From the NCBI RefSeq assembly GCF_009914755.1, contig NC_060932.1: DNA of 64,000 bases. The stretch is one strand, 5' to 3'. Each line of letters starts with the position of its first letter. Within the stretch, counting starts at the first letter, position 1. This document shows, in pieces, positions 27,906 through 42,459 of this stretch. Origin of the DNA: the human T2T-CHM13v2.0 reference genome, Homo sapiens. The position numbers and the translations under genes were made by a program. Below the pieces are notes generated by a model, which did not search any database, was not told the DNA's origin, and saw only the letters and a program-made list of their open reading frames with translations.

Positions 27906-29444
27906 AGGTCAAATTGCCACCTGGGATGTGGGAAAGTATTGCAGATGGCAGAATACTCTGCTGGAATCTCTGTTTCCTCCACCTGGGATTGATCTGGGCA
28001 GTGCCAAAGCTTTGTCCTGTAGAGGAGGGTCCCAGGAGGAACCTCTGGCCCATGTCACTACTCCCTCCATGTAAGCCACAAGGAAGTCTCTTAATAAACT
28101 TTTTCTAGAATGGTCTCACATCAGAAAAGTACTTTGCACCTCTGTGGCCACAGCTGTGTGTGGCTTGGAGCTAACAATATCTAACTATCTATTTGATGGT
28201 CATATTATACCGAGTTTGTATCGTGAACTGTCTCAAATCCCTTTTTAAGAGCAGGGAGAACATAAACTTAAGATTAAAATCAATCAGTCCCACTCTTTGG
28301 GGAAAAGTACTGGGATTGTGTTCATCCTGACTTGAGAAATGGTAGTGCCTGTCTTGCCTTAGGTGCACACAATGAATGTTTTGCCTCTCTCTGCCTTACT
28401 TTCTCAACTTTAACATTCTTGAGACTCTTTAAAAAGTGTTATTTCATAATTCTTAGAAAAAATTTTGTGTCAAAATTTTCCTCAATATTTTTATTTCTTC
28501 TTTGTGCTTTGCAAACTCATTCCATAGGTTGTAATATTCTTGAATTCATTAGCAGCTTAAAACTTTACATGTGTCATTTTCAAATTTAGATTTGACATAC
28601 ATATATGAATAAAAAGGTTATTTCTCCTTATTAATTAGCTTCCAAAATGAATTCTTTGACAAAACAGTTAAATAATATAGAATTATTCTGAACAGAGTTC
28701 AGAACCTCTTGTTCTGTTCCATTTGCTTCTCTCCCCATCTTTATAGCTATTAATAATCTGTTGTCTGTCTTTTCACATTCCTTATTTAAAGCCATGTACA
28801 TATACATTCATCTTTTAGCAAATACTCATTGAGGCATAGAGAAGTAAACAAGATATACAGTCTTTTTGTCTTAAGAAGTTAATATATCGATGAACTGCAC
28901 GTCTAAATAGATACACAACATTTTTTATTTATCTTAAATAGAATCTTAAGCTACTTCTTGTTATGTGGCTTGTTTTTCTTCTTATTTTACAATTAGTCTT
29001 GCAGATATTCCCAAACTTCCTGGAAGTGAAAGTAGTGAGTCAAAGGTCTGCATGTTTAAGTTTTGATAGATAGGACCACATTGTCCTGCAAGGACTGTGT
29101 GGGTTGCATTTTGACCACAGGATTGTGAGAATACCCAGTTTGCCAGTGATCCTGCTAATACTGGCTATTACCAATCTTTTTAATTTTAACCACTATGGTA
29201 AAAACATTATATTTTAAAAAGTAAAATTACTGTCCATAGTCATTCATTATGAATTTTGCCATTTAACCCTTCATCTCTTCAGAAATTTTCAGAGTATTTC
29301 TTTTAGGATCAAGATTAAAATACAAAAACCTTTTATTTAAAATGGCCTGAAATATCTGGGGCACCTTGGTTAGTATTATAACAATATTTGTATAGAACTT
29401 TGTAATTTACAGATTATTTTCTAAAGCACTGATTTTTTTTGGAC

Positions 29445-29560
29445 TTTTTATATGGGAAAAATGTTAAAATGTACAAAGGTAGAGAGAGTAGTATAATGAA
29501 CCCCTATAGATTCATTAGCCAGCTCCAGTATTGCTGCCACTTTTGATGGACATACTGACT
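29445..29560 (-). mobile_element. Old L1M 3'-end fragment
   Basis: 'acaaaggtagagagagtagtataatgaacccc...' resembles an L1ME 3' terminus. Confidence 0.5.
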
Positions 29561-29720
29561 GACTGAGGAACCAGATTTGTTATTTCCATTTTCCCAGTTG
29601 AAGGACATGTAGCTGGGAGTGGCAGGGCTACAGCTGTCCCAGGCGTCTGACTCCAGATTTCCACCCATTTCTATTGTATTTGTTAGCACTGTGATCTTTT
29701 CACATCATATATAGGATTAG

Positions 29721-30092
<372 letters not shown>

Positions 30093-30148
30093 ACATTTTT
30101 CTTTTTAATCATTAATTTCAAGGCCACTGTCTTGGGTTTTTGTTTTAG

Positions 30149-30286
30149 AAGAGACGGTCCAGCAGACAGGTGAAGAGAAAGCGCTACACTGAAGACCTGG
30201 AGTTCAAGATTTCTGATGAGGAGGCAGATGATGCAGATGCTGCTGGGAGGGATTCCCCCTCCAACACCTCCCAGTCAGAACAGCAG
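30149..30286 (+). CDS. CHD7: CHD7 exon 5
   Basis: tgttttag|AAGAGA ... CAGCAG|gttagt; 138 nt; [46 protein letters not shown]. Confidence 0.96.
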
Positions 30287-31294
30287 GTTAGTACCAGATC
30301 TGTGGGATTTATGGATGCATTTTAAAGATGGACTTGGACTAGAAATTTCATTGCTGCAATCTGAGAAGTGCAGTGGAAGCATTGGACTTTCAGCAGGGGA
30401 ACATCCACCTAATGTTGGATAATGTGCTATGGGAAATTAGTTGTTTAGCAATATCTTTTAAAAAGCCCTGTTCACTGCAATTTATTTTTATATAAGACTG
30501 TGATATGTAATTTGACACAATTTTGGAGAATTAATGTTCTATGCTGAGGAAGAGTCAGAGTTGGAATATAAGGAGGCTGAATATACCTCTGAGAATTCAG
30601 TGCTGTGGCTTCTGGGACTTTAATAAACCACTCAAGCTTGTCTCCTGCTGTTAGGCACTGTGAGAACCCCTTTATGAAATTACTGCCTTGTAGTACCCAG
30701 CAGGGTGTACTTTATTCTCTGTGCAATGTAAATGATGGATAAAACAGTTTGTATAAAATATGGGTAGTGTAGGATTGATTATTGTAAAGATCTTTTCTAA
30801 AAAAATAATGCTTTTTTCTTATTGAAAAGTATATTAAATGCATCTTTGCATTTTATTTGGTAATTTGTTCTATGTTAAGTTGTTACATAATGTTTTATGT
30901 GACCTCCATAGATAAAAGATGCCTACTATAGCAGAATGATGAGTATATTTACCCCATGGGTATAGATGAAGAAAAGTTATATTTTTGACTGCTAACGTGC
31001 AGAGATTATTTTGTCTTGGTGGCTAGAATTTCTGATTGCTCTCTAGCTTTAGGGACCTAGGCTGGTCCACGTAATTAAACCATATAATCATGAAGTAATA
31101 TTAAGCACAGATCTCCTTTTTGCCTTTCAGTAGAGTGAGATTTTTGTTCCTTTCAATCGTGTTTCTCACTGATAACTTTGTACCCAGTGACTTAAAAGGT
31201 GTGGAGGTGGTAGCAAAGGGGAATGATTTCTTGCTCTTATAGCTTAGGATGAGATGTTTTCTATTTGGATTGATGCACATGCCTTTTTTTTTAG

Positions 31295-31360
31295 GAATCT
31301 GTTGATGCAGAAGGCCCAGTGGTAGAAAAAATTATGAGCAGTCGTTCAGTAAAAAAGCAG
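31295..31360 (+). CDS. CHD7: CHD7 exon 6 (start of chromodomain 1)
   Basis: tttttag|GAATCT ... AAGCAG|gtgagt; 66 nt; ESVDAEGPVVEKIMSSRSVKKQ. Confidence 0.95.
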
Positions 31361-32319
31361 GTGAGTGCCATTGGAGCCATTAAAATCTGTGAGGTGTATG
31401 TGACTCTTACAGGATTGTTGGCTTTGTAATTTTCTTTTAAAATTCTAATATTGTAAAATAAAACTTCCAGTAATATTTCTAATCCTGTCTAATTTATTAA
31501 CCCAATATGAATCTTTGGGATATTTGACCCCAGATGAAATTAAAATATATCAAGCAGTCAGTGCTTTATTACACCATTCAGAGTGGACTAGAAACTCACA
31601 AGTCTCCAAATAAATGTATGGGACTTTCAGAGTTGTAGACTGCCTTTTTCATAAATATTATTCATAAAAATCAAAACATGAATTTACTTCTAATCTCTCT
31701 CAGGAAGGTTCCCCCCTCTTTCATGTTAGGATGGAAATTCTGTTTGTCATTTTAGCAAGTAGGTGTTTTCTCATGTGTTTTGTAACATTTTCTCATATAC
31801 AATTGAATTATTCATTAGTGTCTTTCTTGCCAGTGCAAAGGTGAAATACAGGTCTATTTTCAGTGTAATTTTAAGAAATAGTTTTGACTTAATACTTCAG
31901 AGTTATTCAAAGTTTCTGTTCATCTGCAAAGGTGAGCTCTAAGTATCTGTCACTAGCCTGCTAGCTTTGTCACTGAGGTACTCATATGCTCTTTAACAAA
32001 AAAATGCCAGTGACATACCGTGTTTTCTTTTCCTGATGAAAATTCCCTGTTTTAGCTAACTCCCTTCTTACAGCCCACTTTGAGAAAATGCTTTGCTTAG
32101 TTTGAATAATTACATAAACCTGCAGGTGCATTAGGTATTACAACATGCAGTTTTTCGTGTCTCTAGGAAGTAGTCTCCTTTAGACATAGGTGTCTGTGTC
32201 GCAGCTTCAGTCATTATCAATTCCACACAGTTCTTTTGTTTTTATTTGCTTTCAAGAAGGATGGAACTACAAGTTCATGTTTCAGCATGTAAAACAAACT
32301 TTAAAAAATAATATATAAT

Positions 32320-32415
32320 AAAGACATGGTCTAGCTGCGAACTCCTGGGCTCAAACATTTCTCCTGCCTTGGGCTCCCAAACTGCTGGGATTACAGGTGT
32401 GAGCCATCCTGCCTA
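32320..32415 (-). mobile_element. Alu monomer (FLAM/left arm) fragment
   Basis: 'gaactcctgggctcaa...cccaaactgctgggattacaggtgtgagcca'. Confidence 0.8.
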
Positions 32416-35400
32416 AAGTTGTTTATTTTTAGCAAAATGTATACAAAGTATCTCCCAGTAAGAGAGTTGAGGAATGGAGGATTTACAGGACTCAGTGAGA
32501 GTCCTATAATAAAGTGAGATCCCAGGCTTATCAAATAGGAAACCATTACTATTCAAATACTGCTATTGAGTGATCCTTGAACATGTTATTGCACCAGCAG
32601 TAAACTTCTCTTTACTTTCATTTCATTAGTTTGTTTTGCTATTGTGTGATTCAAGGTATGAATTTTTATCGGAATATACATCTCTAGTTTATAAGAAAAT
32701 AATTTAGAGCAGTATGTCAAGGTGTTTTCCAGTTGAGTATAGGGGATACGGGGTATGGAGTGACTGGCCATCTTGGTGACTCTTTGAATGTGAAGATTTC
32801 CTGATGAATTAAATTTCCCACCTGCTCAAGTAGGAAACAAGCACTATTTAACTCATTAGAAGGTTGCATTTTTGTCCTACTAATGACTCTAGAACTGCTA
32901 ATTTATGAATTGTAGATATACAGTAAAATTTAAATACTTGACATGCTTTGAAGAACAATCCCCTTCACTGAATTGAAGTGACTTGTTTGAGTAAATAGCA
33001 TGTCGTTTAGATGGGATATATTAATTTTCATTCAATTGGTAGTGCTTCAGCAGGCATACTCAGCAGGTTTAGGGGTTGCAAATTATAATTAGCTCTATTA
33101 TTCAGAGCTATTTAGACTATATATTATGTAGAACATTGCTTTTTCTTTCTGTTTTGCCCACTTTAGGGTTTTTGTCTTCTTTTCCTCTTTAGCTACCTTT
33201 TAAAAATAGGTACCCATGGTTTAGGAATAGATACTGTTAACCATTTACCGATGACTGGGTTTGTCTTATCATAGGAGATTAAAAATCACTGTACAGGAGG
33301 GTGGACATTTGTTGAGTTGATGAATTTGAAGCTGGAGAAAATTAATGGAAAAAATTCTTCTGGAAGGGAGATATGCTTTGAGGTATGATTTAAAATAAAG
33401 AAGAGATGTGGAGCTCATGGAATTGCTTGTCAGTTACTGGTATTTCTTAAAGGGCAATAAAAAAATCCATTAGAAGGTACTAAACATTAACAGGTGCTAA
33501 CTTTTTAAACTGCTAATATTCTCAAAGTAGATACTTTAGTTATCACCTTTAATAACATTGGAAGAAAGTGTTGCAAATAGAAACAAAAGGAAATTTGAGA
33601 TTTTTTGTGGATTCAATCTATGCCTGCTGGTCTGTTTCTTATTACCATGAATAATTTAATAATTGGCAGTGAGAAGGTGTCTTTATCTCTGCCAGGCAGC
33701 ACTGTAGAAACTGGCTATGAGCTCTCAGAGCCTGTCCCTGCATGGTGTTGACCCAGAGTGGAGACTCCATGTTTTTCAAAGTCAGTTGACCTCATCACTG
33801 TGGCCTGAGAAGCATCATGATCCATTATGATGGAGTTGTGCAAACATAAAACTCACCTGGCAGAGGCACCGTAAGTCAGCACCTCATGTTAAATAGGGGT
33901 GGCTCAAGCATTTATGTTGTTCTAAACCCAGGTTAATGTCTGTGATACCTAGTTGCATGAAATAGTTGGTGCCTATTTGAATTTTGAGGTAGATATATGA
34001 GTAGATACTTGGATTGTATAAAGCCTAATTATTTTGTTTTCCTTGTTTAGTCAGCTTGTAGCTGTTTCTGCTTTGAGCCATTCATCTTTGGAGGATAATT
34101 CAAATCCTTTTTTTTTTGTATCAGAAGGCCAAAAGTAGTTTTAAAAGTGAATTGTGACTGTATTCCCTAAAATTCTTTATTTTTCTTTAAGTTAACTACA
34201 GGACGTATTTTCAGAGTGTGTGTTTTAAGTATGTAGCTGAGCCTCCTAGAGTGTAAAGAAGGCAAAACTCTTAATCTCATCCATTGTCATGTCCTTATTT
34301 TTTCCCTAAGTGAACTGTGATTTGGTGTCTCTAGTAAAGTATACGGTAGATAGGGCCAAAAGTGAAAAGGGATTCATACCCACGCCTTATTGATAACTTT
34401 ATTGAGGTGCTTTTTCATTCTTTTGTGTATTATTTGACAGAGTGTTCTGTTTTTTTGCTCTGTATTTTAGTTTCTTGACTGTGACTACTTAATTTAGTAG
34501 TAGGATGCATAGGAAAGGCCTAAGTTAGGCCTAGACTCTGGGTGGCTATTTAGAATCCAGGTGGCTGGAGAACTCATTTATTGCCTTCTCAAAGTTTCTG
34601 GTTTGTTTGAACAGTGGGACAAGTATGGCTTAATATGTTTGAAACTTTAAGTGTCATATGAATAATAAGGATTTCCCTAGACTAATTTTGGATCTAATGA
34701 AAAGATATATACATTTCTCAGAAAAATTCTATTTAATTCATAATATTACTGGGTTCTCAAATTTAAAGGTAGCTGCTCAAGAAATAAATCTGAGTGTTGT
34801 GTGTATGTATGGGAATAGTTCTTTGACTTAGTTATTCATTGCCTATGCCTGTTGTAGAATGGCTTCTGAAAATAGGGCTTAGAGGTGAGAGGTTTTAGGG
34901 TAGGGGCTGTTTGAAGCTGTCAACAGAGGCTGGTCAAACTGCCTCCCATTTAGTAAATAATTGAAATGATGTTTCTGAGGGCTTATGAATTCACACACTT
35001 TTGTTCAATTGTTTTACTGTTCAGTAAAAGAAAAGAGGTCAGCATGATCATATTTATATGAAAGGAACGGTGAAAAACAGCTCTATTTATAGTTTTAGGG
35101 GCAAGAAGGTGGTGATCCAATATGTGTGGTCCATTAAACAGAACCAAGTGTTGTATTCTGAAACATCCAAAAGATAACAGGCCCTGGGACACTTCTGTAC
35201 CAGCTCCAGGTGCTGCTAAATGAAGTTTCAGAACCTGGTTGGTTCCTCCTAGGCAGCCCTAGACTCTCTTGTCAGGCATCTTCACAGCAGGTTCCCAGAG
35301 GAATAGCTGATCATGACAAGAAAATGGGTAGTAATGAGAGTTGGGGACAGATGGCTGTAAGAGTCAGAGCTTTCTGGGAACAGACTTGAGACAAAATAAA

Positions 35401-35847
35401 AAGTGTCTTTACTGTTCAAGATTTGATCCTGTATGTGTTGGTGCCCACTTAGAATTATGGGATGATGAGACCATTTAGAATGAGAAGAAAAGGGACAGTA
35501 TGGGAGAAAAGATCAGACAGAAGAATCAGGAGAAATAATACGAGCATAGACATGATAAATCTTGTTTATGATTTATAACATATATATCAGTTATATAAAT
35601 GATACATTTGATACATTTGAAGGCATTGAAAATGCCTTCAAAATTGAAAAAATATAATTATTATCAGAAGGGAAAAAGCTCAGACATTTGAGTTCCATTC
35701 TTGATTTGAATTTCATGATAATGCTGTGTGAAGAATCAAAGGATCTAGTTTCATCCTTGCTTCTCTTTTTCCCTGATCATCTACCATCTTTTTGTCTTTC
35801 TGCTGGAAGTCTGGTTCTATATAAAGATAATATATCTTAAAATGGGA

Positions 35848-36138
35848 GGCTGGGCGCAGTGGTTCAAGCCTGTAATCCCAGTACTTTGGGAAGCCGAGGT
35901 GGGCAGATGATGAGGTCAGGAGATCGAGACCATCCTGTCTAACACGGTGAAACCCCGTCTCTACTAAAAATACAAAAAAAATTAGCCGGGCATGGTGGCG
36001 GGGCCTGTAGTCCCAGCTACTCAGGAGGCTGAGACAGGAGAATGGCATGAACCTGCGAGGCAGAGCTTGCAGTGAGCCGAGATTGCGCCACTGCACTCCA
36101 GCCTGGATGACAGAGCAAGACTCCGTCTCAAAAAAAAA
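35848..36138 (+). mobile_element. AluY
   Basis: ggagatcgagaccatcctg, gaatggcatgaacc, gagcttgcagtgag; imperfect TSD aaaa(t/a)gggag. Confidence 0.95.
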
Positions 36139-36487
36139 GGGAGTAGAATGGGGAAATATTAAGGCTAGAGAGAAAAAGGTAGGGTGGGTCTTGGATGGAT
36201 GGCCACTTGAACTTGGTAGTATTTATTTATAAATTAATTCCATGTTCCATTTATGTTGCTGGTTCTTGAAGCCATCCAACAAACATTTCTTTTTATTTTG
36301 GATAACTAAAAGTTTATGACATAGAAGGTGTTCTGATACATTGGTTTAAAATAGTGCTTTATAGTTATTACGTTTCATAGATCCATTATGGCACAACCAG
36401 ATATTAATAGATATTGACCACTCCTGCATATCCAGACTCCTTCTTGATGATTTCTAGACAGGCCAAAACTGTTTAAAATATAGGTTT

Positions 36488-36808
36488 AGCTCGGTGTGGT
36501 GGCTCATGCCTGTAATCCCATCACTTTGGGAGGCTGAGACGGGGGGATTGCTTGAGCCTAAGAGTTTGAGACCAGCCTGGGCAACATGGTGTAAAACCCA
36601 GCCTACGGAAAATACAGAATTAGCTGAGCATGGTGATGTGTGCCCGTAGTCCCAGCTACTTGGGGAGGTGGTAGGGAGGGGCAGGGGTTGCTGAGGCAGG
36701 AGGATTGCTTGAGCCTGGGAGGTTGAGGTTGCAGTGAGCCATGTTTGCACCACTCCACTCAAGCCTGGGTGACAAAGCAAATCCTATCTCAGAAAAGAAA
36801 GAAAAAAA
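36488..36808 (+). mobile_element. AluJ with G-rich internal insertion
   Basis: ggattgcttgagcc (J-type); extra ggtggtagggaggggcaggggtt in the right arm; imperfect TSD taggttta. Confidence 0.9.
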
Positions 36809-37983
36809 ATTAGGTTTAACTGTTATAAGTGAGAGTTTCAAAGAAAAGTTTAAGTTCACAATCTTTGAAAATGGTTTGAAGGTTGGAGATTGAGGGGACT
36901 AGTACCTTTGAACAGATCTGTGCCAGTCTGTTATCCAGTAGAAGCCTTTGCTTTTTTGTTTGTTCTTTGCCATGTTCCTACTTGCCTTGATTTTCTTCGA
37001 AGCATTTCGGAGGTGGCTGAACAGCCATACATGACCCTCAAGGCAGGCTTGGGGTCTCTTGTAAGAGTGTAAAAGCAATCCCCAAACATCTGTAAGTGGT
37101 GTTTATATTTTAGATCCCTGATTTATCTGATCAAATGTTCCAGAAGGAAATTACATATTATGACTTGTTTAAGAGCCTAAAACCAAAAGGGGAATAAAAA
37201 GAGATGCCTAAAATACCATCTGAACATCATCTTCTGCATACACTACAGCAGATAGGATTAAGGGAGACATTATAGATAATCTTACTACTGAAAACTCTTG
37301 ATTTGGCTGACATGTATCACAATTTTAACCTTACCTAAATGTAGTATTTGGAGTGTTAATTTTATTTGGCTGCTATGTGTGTGAGACATCTTGTCTGAGA
37401 GATTTTAATTGTACCATTGAGTGAAACTAAGACTATGAATAGTGATGCACTGAAATTACAGCATAAGAACAAGGTTTACTTTTATATGGTTTCTTGTTTA
37501 GAGTTATTAAGTATATGGAGAAATAAATGTCTTTTAAATATTTTAAAACATTACAAAACCCACAATGTAAAGTTGCCATGAGGCAGCCAAAAATAATACA
37601 TATGGCATTCAGGAGAGCAGTTGCTAATTGGCTGCTGCCTGAGAAAATGGTACACTTGGCGTCTACTTAACACTGTGGGTTTGGCAGAAGGCCAAATTTG
37701 GGGTCAGGTTGTTGTGAATGAAGCTGCATGTGGTTAGGGAGGAGTTAAAGTGATTCATGTCTTAGAAGCTCTCGCACGTTGAGCAGAGGTGCGTGCATGG
37801 GCCTGAGCGTGGCAGTCTTCGTGGCCCTGGCCACCTCCCAGCACACGGTGTGCTCATCTTACGTGAAGGTCCTTTGCTGCTCTTTTCAGTCCTATTTTGT
37901 GCTCATATGGGAGTAAATCATTACTTTTAAAATATTCTAGTAGATGGTTTTAAATACATGCCTGAAATTTTCTTTTGTTGCAG

Positions 37984-38039
37984 AAGGAATCTGGAGAGGA
38001 GGTAGAAATTGAGGAATTCTATGTGAAATACAAAAACTT
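37984..38039 (+). CDS. CHD7: CHD7 exon 7 (chromodomain 1)
   Basis: ttgttgcag|AAGGAA ... AAACTT|gtaagt; 56 nt; KESGEEVEIEEFYVKYKN(F). Confidence 0.95.
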
Positions 38040-40133
38040 GTAAGTAAATTGTGATTCTGTTTTTAATGGGGGGCTATATTTTCCAAGTAGTAAACGACCA
38101 TTTTTTTTTAAAGTTGGGAAATTAAGAAACTTTGGTATGATTTCTTTAGTCATCATGGCCTGGGAGGCCATTTTTTAACCAACTTTTGTATGTTTGATAT
38201 TTTATGAATTTTTCTGGAAAATGTGTAATTGGTGTAAAAGTTGACTAACTTCTGTGTATAACCAATAAGTATTTTTTTAGAGAGGATAAAAACTTCTACA
38301 ATAATAGAAAAATGAATAAAGCAGTATTTCCCTGTCCTCTGATCATGAATTCTACCCTGTGGGGCTACACTTCGTCCCTTCACCTGTGCATAGTGTGCGA
38401 GGCCCTAGAGACAAGAACTCTCCTGTGGAATGAAAGCTCTAGAGAACCATGACATCACTCAGGTTCTAAAATGCAGTGAGCTATAGCTTTATCTGTTTTT
38501 GTTTGTTTCTGATATTTATTTAGTAGATTTGAATTCATAACTTAAAAATCTGAATTGAAAAACACGGTGAGTTGTTGTCCTTGTAGATTCTGTTGTAAGC
38601 AGTACACCTGGCCCAGACAGATATTGTGATGAGCTAGGATGTTTTCAGAGTCAGTAATCATTCTGCTGAAGAAGACTGAGGCCATTTTGTAACCTAAATA
38701 ACAATCATAGAACAAGGACAAAAATGTTCATTGATAATGTAAACATTAAATTTCTTTTTTACCCCTTTTAAGGCAAAGAACTAAACCACCATATTAATAC
38801 ATTCTTAGGGCTTTAAAGAGAGGCTTTTGTGAGTTGCTGTGCGAACAGCCTCAGAAAATTTACCCCACCCTAGAAAATGAAAGCATCAGGTGCCATGGGT
38901 TTTCTGTCATTCTCTCTTGTTGTAGTTGGCACTGTTAATAAATTGATGCACTTCTGAAGAAGTTGTGAGTAAAACCTTTTATCAAGTAAAAAGATAAAGA
39001 AGTCTCTATCAGTTTTATCATGAGAGTTCAATGAAATACAGTCTGACAATTTTAAAAATGCTCGGAAAATGTTAACTGTCATCATTCTTTTGTCCTCAGA
39101 GCATGTCAGTTTACACATGTGGAAATTATGCCTACAACACGATTTCCTATGGTAAGGAGGAGGTAAACTAAGTAAACCAGAGGGAGAGAGTTCCCTTGTA
39201 GATTTACCAAATTGAAACAAGAGCAAAGGAGTTCAAATATCAATCACCAAAATAATGGCACTACCAGAGAGACCTCCAGATCAGTGTGTGACAGTGAGGC
39301 CTGAGCTGCCTCCTTCCAGTCAGCCTGTTAGTGACCCCAGAGATGGGCTCCGAGTTCCTGACCAGGTGCCAGTGCCAGACCAGGAGACTCTAGCCCTCCT
39401 CAAAAGTCATTTGAGGTGAGGTAAAGGGAGTTTTGAAAAAAAAAAAAAAAGAAAAAAAAGAAAAAAAAGGTTTTCTGACTGTCATTATTGAGAGCTAAGA
39501 GAAATTAAGATTTCCATAAAACTAAGAGTTTTTGTTAGCCTTATATTTGGATACAATTTCACATTTATAGAAAAATTGTAAAAAATAGTACAAAGAATTT
39601 CTGTTTTTCTTTTTGTAGTTAATGTGTATCTTCCGGAAAGATACTTTAAGACTTAAATATGGTTGTGGTTGCTAAGGGGTGATTTACTAATTCCATCATT
39701 TCTTCTACATTGATTGGTTGGGTTTTTACCGTAAGGAAGAGCTTTACCCTCTTGTCTATTTGTTAATTTATAGCTGAGCGGACTTGTGGCTTCTCATTTT
39801 ATTCAAGGGATTATAACTCTTTACTGTTGTAGTATTTACTTTGCCCACATTATCCCAGATTTGGTCAGTGGGAGCCCCTTCAGACTGGCTCTTCTGTCTT
39901 TTTGCCTTGTCCCCATTTTTCTTTGAACATTTTCTTGCTTTCTGGCACCAGAGGATGTTCCAGGCTCATCTCGTAACTTCCCTGTTTTAGTTATGGAGTC
40001 AGTTACTTCTCCAAGAAGGCTTGGTTGTTTTCAGTGAAGGGGGGGGCATTGAGAAACCAAGATTGGGGCTTTAGGTGTGCTCCTCGTTGCTGAGGAATTG
40101 TTGCTTCTAGTCCCTCTCAGTGGATAGGACTGG

Positions 40134-40142
40134 GAGAGAGAG

Positions 40143-40175
<33 letters not shown>
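40134..40175. repeat. Compound microsatellite (GA)6(GT)15
   Basis: Direct reading. Confidence 0.95.
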
Positions 40176-40177
<2 letters not shown>

Positions 40178-40573
40178 CGAGTTACACACACACTTATCTG
40201 TTTATTATATACACACACATATTTACCTACCTCTCCAACACAACAGCAAAAACAATGTGTATATATTGATACTTCCAGTATTATTCCAGCAGCCCAGGGT
40301 TCATTCTCTCCTTTCCCCTTTAATATTAGTAATTCCCTTCTTCAACCAGAATAAACCTGGCTCTCTTATTTTTTATGTTTGCTTTTTTTCAGTCCTAACA
40401 TATATAGGAAGTGATTTCAGAGTTACTAGCCCATATTTCTGTGACAAAGAAGCCTATATTTGGTTAGCTTTTTGTCTTTAGTTTGAGGGCATAGGGACTA
40501 AAACTTTATCCAAAATGTCCTTGGGTTGGTTATTCTCTTTTCCTACCCCACCAGTGTGGTTTGTTATTTATTT

Positions 40574-40920
40574 CAGGGGTCCCCAGTCCCCAGGCCATGG
40601 ATCAGTACTGGTCAGTGTCCTGTTAGGAACCTGGCCGCACAGCAGGAGGTGAGCGGCAGGCGACTGAGCATTACCACCTGAGCTCTGCCTCTTGTCAGAT
40701 CAGCGTAACATTAGTTTCTCATAGGAACGTGAACTCTGGTTGTGAACTGTGCATGCGAAGGATCTAGGTTTTGTGCTCCTTATGAGAATCTAACTAATGC
40801 CTGATCTGAGGTGCAACCGTTTCATTCCAAACTGCCCTCCACCAAGGACCCGCCCCAGTCCGTGGAAAAATTGTCTTCCACGAAACTGGTCCTTGGTGCC
40901 AAAAAGGTTGGGGCCTCATG
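40574..40920 (+). mobile_element. MER1B (hAT-Charlie) MITE
   Basis: caggggtcccc ... ccaaaaaggttgggg; perfect 8-bp TSD atttattt at 40566-40573 and 40921-40928. Confidence 0.9.
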
Positions 40921-42147
40921 ATTTATTTGATACACAGTATGTTTCTTTAGTTTTGGTTTGTATTTGTATTCCCTTTTAGCCCCCGCTTGTTGATTTTTAT
41001 TGTTTTTCAAGTTTGTGAAATATTAATATGTTACAAAAGTCAGAACTATACACAAAAGAAGTGTAGTCCTCCCTTTCCACCCCATTCCTGCTTACTTCCT
41101 TACTAATCCCAGGTTTATCCTTTCTGTAATTTTTGGCATGAGCATGCAGGTATAATTTCCTCTTCGTTCTTACAAAAAAAGAAATTGGTATACTGTTAGT
41201 ACATTTTTGTGCTTTGCTTTTTTTCACACTACATCCTGGAAATCACTCTACATCTGTTCATAGGGGTCCTCCTCATTCTTTGTTTCAGCTGTATAATATT
41301 CCATTGCATGACTGCCGTAACCATTCAACCAGCCTCCTGTGTATGTGGGTGTGTAAGTGGCTTCTGATGTTTTCCAATTACGGATAATGCTACAATATAT
41401 ATTCTCATACATATCTATATATTTTCAAATTATTGGAGGCATGGCTTCCAGGTGAATTCCCGGAAGTGAGTTTACTAGATACAAAAGGCAAACATGTATG
41501 TATTTTTAAGAGATATTGCCAAATTCCCTTCCTTCATGTTGTATGAATTTATGTTCCTGTCAACAAAGTATGCAAACACCTGTTTCCCCACAACCTTTCT
41601 AATATAGTGTGCTGTTTTACTTTTTAATTTTTGTAAGAAATTGTATTTCAGTTGAGGTTTTAATTAGCATTTTCTCTTATTGTGAATAAGAACACCTTTT
41701 CATAAGATTAATGGCCACTTTTTACATCTTGCTTTGTCAGTTGTCTGTGTCTTTTGCTCATTTTCTGTCATGCTCAACTTTTAAGAGCTCTTTATATATA
41801 AGGGATATTAGTTCTTTATCTTGGGTTATATGTTGCAACTATCTTATCTCAGTTTCGATTGTCTTTTGACTTCATGGTGTTTATTGCATTGCCCATTAAA
41901 ATTTTTTGTACGGTCAGATTTATCAATTTTTTCTTTTATTGTTTCTAGCTTTAGTGTCATAGCTAGAAAGCCTTTCCCTATATCCAGATTACAGAGGAAT
42001 TTGTCCATGCTTTCCTTGTGGTTTCATTTTATCTATTTAGGTGCCTGATCCATTTGGTGTTTATTCTTGTGTATTGTGTAAGTCATGGCTCTAATTTAAT
42101 TCTTTTTCAATTGTTGTTCTAGCACCATTATTAAAGAGTCAATTTTT

Positions 42148-42459
<312 letters not shown>

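Noticed and set aside
35713-36859. ORFs of 60-127 aa here and at 5485, 17885, 23519, 48641, 59145, 61840
   Set aside because: Translations of Alu sequence.
31295-38039. Resemblance between the starts of exons 6 and 7 (GAATCTG...GGTAGAAA) as exon duplication
   Set aside because: Matches are too short and explained by Glu/Ser/Val codons; together the exons form one chromodomain.
39436-39468. Isolated A-rich run as a poly(A) site or retrocopy tail
   Set aside because: No upstream AATAAA or recognisable element body; more likely an oligo-dT mispriming source.
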